A stretch of DNA of 64,000 nt. Origin: Xylographa opegraphella. Its lineage: Eukaryota. A program made the translations under genes and the position numbers. Where the stretch lies: the NCBI GenBank assembly GCA_022813865.1, contig JALDZX010000018.1:1-64000 (forward strand), written 5' to 3'. The notes under the pieces are model-generated. The model was not told where the DNA came from, made no database searches, and saw nothing but the letters and a program-made list of their open reading frames with translations. The number at the start of each line of letters is the position of its first letter. The first letter of the stretch is position 1. Positions 23,239 to 34,716 of the stretch are shown here, piece after piece.

Positions 23239-25368
23239 TCAATCCCAGCTTTGATATGATCTCCCAGCCTGAGGCGGCAGGAAGTAGTTCGTTGCTGCAT
23301 CAGCCATCGGAACTGGTATCGGGTTCCAGGAAGTTCCACTCGAAAGGGGAACACGATCATAACCATCAGGGCTCCTACCACAACTGTAAGTCTGCTGCGG
23401 ATGTCGATCGTAGAACTGTCGATCGTAGAACATGGAGGCATCTGTTGGGAGTTCTGGTAAATGCTGGAAACCATCAGATCTGCGACTTTGGTGCAGGTAC
23501 TGGTATGGTTGTGGGAGCGAATCATATGATCGTGAAGTGAGCTTTTGCGCTGCACTGGCCTGGTATCGATATGCACGCTTTTGCATAAGCTCTCTCTCAA
23601 TGCTGTCAATGTCGGTGATGAGCTCAGAGCCACGTTCGCGCAACTTGGTATACTTTTCCGCCCACAAAGGATGCTTTTGAAGGATGCCGAGGTTATCAAA
23701 GAATGGCGAACCGCATGGAACCTTCAGCCAGGCCTTCACCCAGTCACGCAACGCGTTGTCAGGGTGCTTGATCGGGAGTTTCTTAGAGTCTACTTTGATT
23801 TCCTTCAATGGACCGCCGTGATAGATATACTCGAGAATTGCACACGGGTCCTCATCGGTTTGGTCTTGATGGAAGAGGTTGCGGAGTGCAAGGGTCTTGA
23901 GTTCAAGGTAGTCAAGCTCCATCCCAAGGCGGTATACCTTAATGTCGACAAGTATGAAGGATTTGCTGCTCGCGTTATGTTCTACTATGGTCGGTGGCCC
24001 CGGAAGATTGATACTGAAGGCCATGGGCTGTCGATCACAACCGCTCGGCTTGTACTCCCCTGTCTCGATGAAGGAAAGAAGTCTTTTGAAGGTCTCTTCA
24101 TCGTCCCCGGAGACTTGGAAAACCGAATTCGATTTGATTTTGTCGCTCAAAGAAGGCGGAGCTGTATCTTGAGGTAGATGAACGGGAAAAGCACGATTCT
24201 GAAAATGAAACTCGACGCACTTGCCGGAGGTCTTAAAAGTAGTACGCAGCTGGGCCGCCGCCTTTCCAGTATTGTTACTGTAGATGTGGAAGTATTGCGA
24301 TAAAGGCCTGCATATGACATCAAGTTAGCGCTGCCATATTGAAACGGCCTTTCGACCTGGAAATGTGCAATTAAAATGGGTATCTGCAATGCCACAAATA
24401 CGTGGTCCAGCGCTAATGGAAGTGCCGAACCATAGGATAATCCTGATATCATGATCGACGAAGCGCATAGCATACCTGGGCACTTTGTTACTGTCTACGG
24501 GGCTCCGATCATGAATCTTGAGAGACGGGACCGGCGTGGTTTTTTTGACATGGCGGTTGTAGTCCTGAATTGACCTGAGCGTTATGTTCTCCCCATTTGC
24601 CTCGCAATCACTACTGCCTGGCCCTGTAATATGGGAGCCAGTTAGCCTTTTGATCATGCTCCTTCGCCGGCCCGCCGGACAGATATCGATATGATATCCC
24701 AAACATGCCGAACATCGAGGAATTTCTTGGCCTCGTAGAAATTTTTGGATGAGGTATGCCAAGGTACAGTATTCGAGGTCGTGAGCCAAGTCATGTCCGT
24801 TCATCTCAGCGTTTGGCTCCCTATAGCCGCAGCACTGTATAAGATAAGCATGAAGCATTTGGTGAACGAGTGCTTCCAGAATCAAAGCAGGTGGTCCTCG
24901 CTGCAGATCATCAGACAGCCCGAGAGAAATTCGGGGGGAAGCAGCAAATCCGGCTCGACTTGTTCTCCCACATGTACCTCTTCGCAGGAATTCCCATTTC
25001 AAGAAGACGTTCCCCTTCAGTACTCCAGAGAACAGCGCCTGATCGATATGATCAAAAACATCGAATGGATAAGTTATCTTGTCTATGGGAGCAATTACGC
25101 CAACATATTTTTGACCCTGAGCGTTATGTTGCAGTGTCTTGAGGCATTGTTGAACGAGCTTAATTGCTTCCGCTGGAGCAATGCGATGTGGTTCTCGAAC
25201 GGGTTTCAGTGCTGGGTCTCTGAGGATAGCTTTTTCATCGGCCGTTGCGGCTGGGCGGCAAATTCCAAGGGACCAGTCATTCCAAAGATGTATTCTGGAG
25301 GAATTCGCGTTTGAGCACGGTTGTTGATGGTCATAAAGTGCATCGGAATGATACAGTAACTCTCGCAT
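23239..25368 (-). CDS. SprT-like zinc-metalloprotease-like domain (HQxxH) fused to a BTB/POZ-like domain (about 653 aa)
   Basis: FDHIDQALFSGVLKGNVFLKW and EALVHQMLHAYL..GH. Intron 24475-24308 (GTATGC..CTAAC..CAG) joins in frame to ETFKRLLSFIETGEY..DIKVYRLG..LKTLAL. Start codon uncertain. Confidence 0.72.
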
Positions 25369-25903
25369 GTTGTCAATAGAGTCACTTTCAGCATACAGCT
25401 GGTCAGGCACTGATGAATTGTAGTTTAGAATCCTTAAATCTGATTCAACATATATAACCTTGAAATCGCTTGTTTGTGTATAGCAGACAAGAATGAGGTT
25501 TCGACCCAACACGGAAAATCGAACACGTCGCCTAAGCACAACAGTCATGTTTGCGTACCCGTTTTGGGTAATTTGGCGGACTCGGGTGGCACCATACATG
25601 ACCACCACAATATCGATCATAGAATGGCAGTGCTGCATTGTTGGCATGCTATTTGAACGCAAAAGCCAATCGCTTCAAACAATTAAGGTGTTTGCGAGCA
25701 AGCTTTGCTACAAAAGAGATACCGACGTGAGATACATGCACGATCCACAGAAATTTTCGTAGACAAGAAATCAACAATTCGAGAACGGGGATGTTTCCCC
25801 GGCCAATACTTGACGCCATCACATCGGCCAAGCCAAAGTCCGATAGCTCATCGTCCAAAATTGATCGAATAAAACAGGGAAAAGACCAACGCTCGGTTCA
25901 CGA

Positions 25904-26814
25904 CTAATAATCGCGCCTAGGGTATTCGTCTGTTCGTCCGGAGGTATTCCTGCTATCCTCGCGCTAAGGACACGTCAGTCTTGCTAAGCAACATGAATCT
26001 CCGATAGGTCTTGACTTGCCTTCCTCCTTAGTGCAGCAAGTCGCTTCTTCTTGGTATGCGTATTGATGTAGGTACCAATGACGAAAGCAATAATGTTGAA
26101 GAAGGGTACCCACGTCTGTTCAGGAAGGAACTTTTGTGCAAAGGCCAGAGCGAGTGGCGACGTGACCCAGCTAACCTTCATGACTGGGAGGAACCCAGCT
26201 CTGACGGTCGCTGATACTTGGTGAAACTCCCTAGCACCAGCGATAACGGCCATGGAAGTTAGGTAGACTGTGTTCTGGATTGGCGAAATCTGGACAGAGA
26301 CTAATGGTTAGCACGCAAAGAGTGTCTTAGCCGTTGCTCATTGGGTATGGTGGGCGTACAATCAAGTTGCTGACAAGTATCTGCAATATTTTGGCCCTCA
26401 GACTAGTCCGCCCAGCAAACATCTTCTGCAAAATGCTGATCAAGAGATGGCCCAAGGGTGCGCTGACGAACGCGCCGTATGCGGCCATTTTAGGTACTCG
26501 GGAGCTAAAGTAATGGCCATGTTTACTGATGTCCTTTGCGATGTACGACGCCAACAGCTCTTGCAATGCTGCAAGAGAGCCCGAGGTAAGCATCTTGGTA
26601 CGGAGGGGATTGGACTGCAGCTGCTGGAGATATGCCTGTGGGCGAGATTATCAGTACAGTCCAGTGTCCGAGTTACTGGAATACCCACAGCCAGATAGCC
26701 CGCCTGACTCTTGCCACCAGTGAGACGTTCTCCCACTTCATGAACGATATCGGTCCTCCGCCCACCAGGGATTGGAGCATCACGGACGGTCTCCTTCTCG
26801 AATTTCACAGACAT
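25904..26814 (-). CDS. Mpv17/PMP22 (PXMP2/4) family peroxisomal membrane protein
   Basis: YLQQLQSNPLRTKMLTSG, KMAAYGAFVSAPLGH, WVPFFN..GTYIN. Three introns; the last is GC-AG (26019-25964). Confidence 0.9.
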
Positions 26815-28209
26815 TCTGGAGATCGGCAAGAGCTGCAGCTGGAAGAAGGTCGCTCGCGGTTTCGGTTCGTAGATAGCGCAGGTGCGAAGCAAACCTGTAG
26901 CCAAACCAAGGTGACAGTTGAAGTACGCGTCGATCTGTGATTGATACGCGGCTGACAAGAGAGATAGCTGAGCTCTGAGCTGCGAACCAACACCCGAGAC
27001 CGCACGGTGCGAAAAAGAATCTGAGGGGTTTCGGAGATTTCGCGAGTCACTGATCTGGCGCTCAAGCTTGCAAGTCACGGAAGTCACCGACTTCGCCTGG
27101 CGATGCGGAGACGGGGGCAGGAGACTTACCTGGGACAAGTGCGAGCGGGCAATTACTGTGTACTATAAGTTCCGGTTAGTTCGATACTTTAGCCCGAATT
27201 GGTAACTCAAACCTACCGGGCTTAGCGAGGCAGCTTGTAAAGCAGCTAGCGCAGATCAGGATAGCGCCCAGCAATGGCGAGCAAACCCGCTGTGCCTGTA
27301 CGGAGTACGAAGTGGTGTCGACCACCCAATGTGGCATTCAGCTCTCAATCATCTACATTGCAGCAACACACCTCACTGCCACAGTCACTGTCGCCACATG
27401 GCTCGATAGGCCTGGTAGTATCGAGGCAGTGTTCGGCGTGTGGTGCCGTGTGGCTTTCCACGTGTTCGCGATTACTGCGTACACGGGGGAATTGCATTGC
27501 TCCTGGGCATCATCTCATCCAATGTCTATGCTCCCATGGCCTAGATCCACCCTGCGACTGCTCTACAACGCCAATGATGCCTTCATACCTCTCCTGCAAG
27601 CTAATTGTAGTCCAGGCGGCGAATCTCACCATCATTATGCCTCTTAAGATTGGCTCCATGTCATCTTTGGGCCCGAAAGTTGTGCTCTTTTGATAAGGAG
27701 GAAATCATGTCAATACATGAGCTCATCAACACGAGTCTTATGGTTCCTTTGTCTGCAGGAATTGTAGACAAACATGGCGATATGAGTAACCCCCGATTTC
27801 ATTTTCCCTGATTCCTCCTATGGTCCCAAATGAGGCAACCAAGGTAGTCTTTCACTTGAATGTGTGAACTACCTTAGGTGATTTTGATGTACCAGTGTGC
27901 AAATTGACTCAACCTGTCTGATCTACCTATGTCAGCTAATAGAAAATTACACGGCTACGAGCTTGCCGCAGAGGTGTTTAAGTCCGTTTGAGCCAACTAC
28001 ACGTTAGGGTTGAATCCCCGCGAGAGTACTGGGTTTCCAAGCATTTCAACCTGAAGTGTTGAAACCATTCATCACCCTTCAGATCATCGACTCCAATCTG
28101 CATACCTGCCTCGAACTAACTTGCTGTTATCGAAACACCACGAATCAGATTGCAACCTTCCTGATACTTTAGATATCTTAACTTAAACCGCGAGACTTGC
28201 AAATCTCAA

Positions 28210-29487
28210 ATGCCACCCGCACGTCGGGTTCCAGCATGTACTCATCTATCAATGACTAGACTCTATGGCCCTCATGTGTGCAACCATTGTTTACGACCGT
28301 CACGTCTGGGGTGGGTTTACTACTGCGCTCAAGACAATACCTGCGAAGCCTCTGAAGCCGTCAATGACCTTACCAATCTCATGGCTGCCACTAAAGTTCA
28401 TGAAAAAGCTGAACCCCATTTGTCCGAGTCCAAACAGGAGATTGTCGATTATCCACCTGTTAAGCTTAGCCGGTGGATAGAAAAGGCAATCATAGACGGA
28501 CATTACACTGCAGAACAGATAGATATTCTGCGAGCACAAAAACGAAGAGTTCAGGCCGTTATCGCAGCAGTACAGAACGAATCTCTGTCAGGCCAGCAGG
28601 CCAACCTGACGCCCTCTCGTATGGCTTCCCAACGAACATCGACTGTCATTAAGAAATCGAACTCACTGTGTCCCATCGATCAGGTACCACACAATACACA
28701 TGAAACCAGTGAGCCTGTACCGGTAAAGGTTGCCGATACTGGCGAAGTTTTCCCATCACGACCGGAACTCCTTGCAGAATGCAATTACAAAACCTGCCAG
28801 GTGTGTCGGCCCATATCCCGTGACCGTGCCTGGCAATGTTTCAATCATGCCCTTCTCAGCAAAACACAGTTCTCTTCTCCAGAATACGCGCCTGATATAC
28901 GCCCTGTCTCAGATGCAAGCCATGCTCGCCGACTGGGGCTGTGGAAACCAAGACCTCGACCGCAAACGTTCACATCGTTTGACAATATCGTTTTGACTGA
29001 TGATGAAGATGGAAGCGAGACAGACACTACTAGTCTTGAGGATGGCGGATCCGGGCGCCAGTCACGCGATTCGACTCCAACAGGTTTCCGTGCAAGTGCT
29101 CGACGCGCCTTTCAGGAGATGATGACTGCATCTCGCCAACCATCAATGCACAATCGTGAGAGTAAAGATTCCAGCATCTCTGCGCTGACTGCGACCACCC
29201 AAAAACATAAGGGAGGTGTTGCTCCCACGAAGTGGACCAAAGAGAAGGAATACAAGGTTTTTGGTGATGGCGAGACGCGGCTCTCCAGATACGCTCGTCA
29301 ACGAAATTTGTGGCGGAAGGAATGTAGGATTTTCGGTTACAGTCCAGCACAGAGGAGCTCTTTCATCGAAGCCACACCCGGAAAAGCAGAGTCTGGTACG
29401 AAGAAGGAGTTGGTTGTGGAGAATGGGGTAGCCGAAACCGAGGAAGCTATCGATCTAGGTAGTGCTGATATCATTATTCAGGCCTGA
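28210..29487 (+). CDS. Fungal hypothetical protein with two Cys clusters (possible zinc-binding)
   Basis: 425-aa ORF with CTH..CNHC..GWVYYCAQD and C..TCQVCRP..DRAW. Confidence 0.78.
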   Translation: MPPARRVPACTHLSMTRLYGPHVCNHCLRPSRLGWVYYCAQDNTCEASEAVNDLTNLMAATKVHEKAEPHLSESKQEIVDYPPVKLSRWIEKAIIDGHYTAEQIDILRAQKRRVQAVIAAVQNESLSGQQANLTPSRMASQRTSTVIKKSNSLCPIDQVPHNTHETSEPVPVKVADTGEVFPSRPELLAECNYKTCQVCRPISRDRAWQCFNHALLSKTQFSSPEYAPDIRPVSDASHARRLGLWKPRPRPQTFTSFDNIVLTDDEDGSETDTTSLEDGGSGRQSRDSTPTGFRASARRAFQEMMTASRQPSMHNRESKDSSISALTATTQKHKGGVAPTKWTKEKEYKVFGDGETRLSRYARQRNLWRKECRIFGYSPAQRSSFIEATPGKAESGTKKELVVENGVAETEEAIDLGSADIIIQA

Positions 29488-29777
29488 GAGAGCTATGGAA
29501 AGGTCGGGCATATTTCCTCATGTTGGGAATATGGAGACATGACTTGGGACAATGCGTATTCAAGCATCGCCCTGGGCATAGATGTTCCAACACTATGAGA
29601 ATTGAGTTACTGTTGCTACCAGACAGAAGTAGCGATAAGGCCCGGTTTCGTGTATGTTGCTGGAAAGGTGCACGAAGACGCTCGCACAGTGACGGGTAAC
29701 TCAGAGTAGCAGCTTCTCAGACACAAAACCAAACATCATAATGGTGTTTTACACAGATGCTGCAGTGACCTAATACT

Positions 29778-30251
29778 TCATAGCTCCTTCCTCGATGCCG
29801 CCAATGCATTCTCATCCCCGAAGCCCACGCCCATCAAGAATGCAAATCTCATCCCGCCTGGCCCGTATAACATCGCAAGGTTTACCCAGTCCTCAACGCG
29901 CCACCGTCTCGGGTCCCAAAAGGCTGCTCCTAGCGCTTCCCAAGTTCCATAGAGGTGGATAAGATCGCAGACAAGGATTCCCAGCACCATAGCTTTCCAG
30001 ACACGAAGATCGGAGGTAGAACGAAGAACCACAGCTTGGTTGAAGGCGAAGAGAAAATAGCAGGCTGCCAGCTGGTCGAAAATCACTTGCGATGGAGAAG
30101 AGTACGTTGAGATGGTAGCGGACGGGGACATCCCAGAGAGGTAGTACGATGGGAAGAAATGCGCGAGGATGGCTCCATTGAAGGCTGCAACTGGCTCGAT
30201 ATAGAGAAGAACGATACGGTAGGGGAGTGGAACCGATGTAAGGTCTGGCAT
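29778..30251 (-). CDS. Small multi-pass membrane protein of unknown function
   Basis: About four hydrophobic helices with YIEP, QLAACY, DLRVWK and CDLIHL motifs. ATG at 30251 chosen over 30401. Confidence 0.8.
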   Translation of the reverse strand: MPDLTSVPLPYRIVLLYIEPVAAFNGAILAHFFPSYYLSGMSPSATISTYSSPSQVIFDQLAACYFLFAFNQAVVLRSTSDLRVWKAMVLGILVCDLIHLYGTWEALGAAFWDPRRWRVEDWVNLAMLYGPGGMRFAFLMGVGFGDENALAASRKEL

Positions 30252-30677
30252 TCTGATTTGGCTCTGATATCTTGCTATGGTGAAAAGTCGCACGCAGCGA
30301 CTTAGAAACCTGATATGGGAGATGTCCGCAGTGAGAAGTGTCGTGGCCTCTTTGGTCAATGAACCGTGATTGCAATAACGTTGGAATATTTCACCTGTCA
30401 TTCAATTGTACATAAAACTGATTGTGATCTGAACCGATTCACGATGATATTATTGAACAAGTCACGTCGTTCACCACGTGCCTCGACCTACGTTCCGCGG
30501 CTTTTACTTTATCCGGGACATTTAGTCCTAGGTCCTAGGACTCTAGGGGGGGGCACAAGCGAGGGCTCGAGGAAATCACGTCTAGGCTCATGGACGTCAC
30601 GTTATCTTGCTGCTGTGAAGAATCAGGATCAGTGATGATACCTCACCACTCTTCCTCTGTCTCACTAAGAGCTTAGC

Positions 30678-33600
30678 ATGCGCTGCTTGGTATTACCATT
30701 GCAGACTGGACGCACGTATTCGAGGTTCGTCACCAGTCACCCGCCTGCTCAGCATGTCTATCCAGCAACTCAGAGGCGATATGTCTCTCTGGCGGCCGAT
30801 GCGGGCGCGGAAGGATTTGGGAAAACAGGTAGAGGCCACATCTAGCCATGCGACTGTGATCTTTCTATGTACTGCCACTTACAAAACAATACAGAGCCAG
30901 TCAATTCGCGATACAATGAGATAGGAGTTCAGCAGCTTAGTGCCCATATTTATCCTCAAATATTCCCCGAATCGCCAATAGCAACGCCAAAACACTTAGT
31001 AGAGCTGAGCAGAGATCATCTCGCGCGCCACGATCTCTGGGGCAAAATCCAAGACCGTTCCCAGCCGGTATCCTTAGATCTGCCTATCCTGCATGGCAGA
31101 ACTCTCGACGAACACTTTTACAAATTGGGTAGAAATGCCTCCGAACCATATCTCGGATATGCAGAGCAGTACGCGCGAGTTAATCTCCCGCAACCTCCGC
31201 GACGTTGGATGAAAAGGAGTGGATGGACAAAATACAATGCCGATGGTTCTTCCGAGGCCGTAGATATGCCGCAGGAGGAGATGCTTACGTTTGATACGGA
31301 AGTCATGTGGAAAGAGAGTTCGTTCGGGGTTATGGCATGTGCTGCAAGTCCTACGGCATGGTACGCGTGGCTTTCCCCGTGGCTGATGGGGGAGTCTGAA
31401 AACGATCAACACTTGATCCCCCTTGGAAACCCTGCAGCTGCCAGAATTGTCGTCGGTCACAATGTTGGATATGATAGGGCGCGAATTGCCGAAGAATATA
31501 ATCTGGTGCAATCCAAGAACTTTTTCCTTGACACGATGTCATTACACGTTGCGGTGAATGGTATGTGCTCTAGACAACGGCCCACCTGGATGAAGCACAA
31601 GAAGAATCGGGATATCCGAGACAAAATTGCTGGTGAGAGCAATTCCATGGAACTTGCAGCGCTACTGGAAAACAACATGCTAAGTGAAGAGGAGGAAGAG
31701 TTATGGGTCAGCAGAAGTTCTGTCAATTCCTTGCGAGACGTGGCCAAATTCCACTGCGATGTAACCATCGATAAAGCACAGCGAGACGCGTTTGGGGAGC
31801 TGGATAGGGAAGGAATCCGGAAGAAATTAGAAGAGTTGCTCGACTATTGTGCGGCAGATGTAGCCATTACTCATCGAGTTTATAAGAAAGTTTTTCCAGG
31901 TTTCATAGAGGTCTGCCCTCACCCGGTCTCGTTCGGTGCGCTCCGCCATCTTTCCTCCGTGATCCTGCCGGTTGATAAGTCTTGGGAATCCTACATTGCA
32001 AACGCAGAAGCCACTTACCACAGACTTACAGACGCAGTTGAGACGCGCCTGGTGGATTTAGCCAACACTGCCCTCGAAGCGAAGGCGGACCCGAAGATGT
32101 ACGAAACGGATGCGTGGCTAAGCCAGCTGGACTGGACTGGCCAAGAAGTAAAGATGGTCAAGGGCAAGAAGAAGGGAGATCCTTCACGGCCAGCAGCTCG
32201 TCAGAAACAGCCGGGAAAGCCCAATTGGTACAAAGGTCTATTCGCCACGAGTGATGCTGATCTAGCACTTACCGTGAGAACTCGTATAGCACCATTGTTA
32301 CTTCGGCTATCATGGGATACCTTTCCTTTGGTATGGTCGGACAAGTATGGCTGGACCTTTAAGGTTCCTCACAAGAAATCTTCGACCTACAATGACAAAG
32401 CAATGGTGGAATGTGACATGACGGACGAGAAGAATGTACGTCTCCGTGATGACTTGGAGAATCTTTACTTCAAACTGCCGCATAAGGACGGACCACAAGC
32501 ACGATGTGCCAGCCCACTCGCCAAAGGATATTTGCAGTATTTCGAGAGCGGAGTTCTATCTTCCGAGTACGCATATGCAAAAGAGGCTCTTGAAATGAAT
32601 GCTTCTTGCTCCTATTGGGTAAGTGCCCGTGACCGCATCAGGTCACAAATGGTTGTCTATCATGGCGAAACAGTAGGCCTAGCAGAATCTAAAAGTCCGG
32701 AAAGCCAAGGATATATTCTGCCTCAGGTCATTCCCATGGGGACTATCACCCGGAGAGCCGTTGAGAATACGTGGCTCACAGCTTCCAATGCAAAGAAAAA
32801 CCGAGTGGGTTCTGAATTGAAGTCAATGGTCAAGGCTCCACCTTGCTATCACTTCGTCGGCGCTGACGTGGACTCGGAAGAGCTCTGGATAGCTTCTTTG
32901 GTGGGCGATTCTCAATTTCGCTTGCATGGGGGAAATGCTATCGGATTCATGACACTCGAAGGCACCAAAGCGGCTGGCACCGACCTTCACTCTAAGACAG
33001 CGAAGATTTTAGGCATTTCACGAAATGATGCGAAGGTGTTCAACTATGGGCGGATCTATGGAGCAGGTCTCAAATTTGCCTCTACGCTTTTACGCCAATT
33101 CAATTCATCACTGACCGAGAAGCAAACACAAGAGATTGCCTCCAGATTGTACAAGGAAACTAAAGGTACGAAGACTTCACGAAAAGCACTTGCGGAACAT
33201 TCGTTTTGGCGTGGTGGAACCGAGTCATTCGTTTTCAATGCGTTAGAAGTTTTCGCAGAGCAAGAGCGGCCGCGAACTCCTGTATTGGGTGCTGGTATCA
33301 CGGAAGCATTGATGCGTCGATTCATCAACAAAGGCGGCTTCATGACTTCAAGAATCAATTGGGCGATTCAGTCCTCCGGCGTTGACTACCTCCATCTGCT
33401 CATCATCAGCATGGATTACTTGATCGCACGATACAACCTCGATGCCAGGCTCGCAATCACCGTACATGATGAGATCCGCTATCTCGTCAAATCCGAAGAC
33501 AGGTACAAGACCGCCATGGCCTTACAGGTAGCCAACCTGTGGACTCGGGCCATGTTCAGCCAGCAGATGGGCATCAACGACCTACCACAAAGCTGCGCGT

Positions 33601-34154
33601 TCTTTAGCGCTGTAGATATTGATCACGTTCTGCGCAAAGAGGTCGACATGGACTGTGTAACGCCTTCGAATTCTGTGAAGATTCCACACGGGGAGAGCTT
33701 AGATATCTGGGATCTGATTACGAAGGGTAAACAGGCAGCGCTGGACTCGTCAATCACACCCAAGCATGATCTGGACGTCAATAGGTGGAGCTACACTCCT
33801 CGAACGCCTGTCATGGCCGATCTGGAAAGAACAGATGGCTCCAACGTTACCTACATGAAAGCACAGATCTGTAACGACGAAAAGGAGCTTAGGGAGATCA
33901 TCAAGGAAGCCACCAAGTCCTCGGAAGCTCCCACGAAGGCGAGCCGAACCAATGTCCGCAAGGAAACCGAATCTTGGCGGGGAATCAACATCCACACTTA
34001 TGTTCCCGCGAGACCGCAAGAGCCATTTCTGCTCGAACATCCGACCATCGGGCTTACTGATTTCCAGAAGAAGTTTCGCAAGCATGCGGGGTGGGCGAAG
34101 GCAACGCATGCCGATGATGGAAGGCGTGCGAAGCTGGTTGTAAACCATATATAA
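30678..34154 (+). CDS. MIP1: Mitochondrial DNA polymerase gamma
   Basis: Exo motifs FDTE, GHNVGYDRAR and YCAAD. Pol motifs GADVDSEE, AKVFNYGRIYGAG and TVHDEIRY. A presequence-like first exon is joined by an intron at about 30829-30894. Confidence 0.97.
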
Positions 34155-34716
34155 ATACAATAATATTGGGGCTTTCGCTACGATTGTATGATACGTAAGA
34201 ACTTTCTGGCCCACCGAGGCCTGTATTCATAGCGGTAAAGCACGGAAGAAATTATGGGGGAAGTTCTCTGGGCCACTGCAGTACAAAACAGGATGTGTAA
34301 AAAGATCCGTTACTGTCGACCTAAAATCGGCCTTCATAGCTGAGCGTCGCGGCGCTGTTTTTGGAAAGTGCATAATCGAGAATAATTTCGAGTCGCATGT
34401 ACTGGCTGTTACGTAGAGTTCTATTCTTCACATGTTTTCCCCTTCGATATGTAGATCAGATATATTGGAACTGTGAGAAACGACCCATACTGTGATGAAT
34501 AGACTATATATTACATTAAGGATAAAATTGTCTAAAGTCGTCACGACTATTGTACATAACGTGGTCGTAAGCTTGTACTGGTACCAAGTCCACCATCAAA
34601 GCACCACCGAACACCATGCTTGCCCGCCAAATGTGTCTGAACGCCCGTAATTTATGCTATTGTCTTGAATCAGCGTAAGCCTGATCTCATTATGCTTCCG
34701 TATCCGCATCGCTGTG

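Noticed and set aside
27274..27693. Overlapping ORFs of 139 and 111 aa
   Set aside because: No recognisable motif or splice structure. They lie in a divergent promoter region.
28003..28012. GTTAGGGTTG as a telomerase RNA template or telomeric seed
   Set aside because: A single short imperfect match expected by chance. No recognisable pseudoknot and no tandem TTAGGG.
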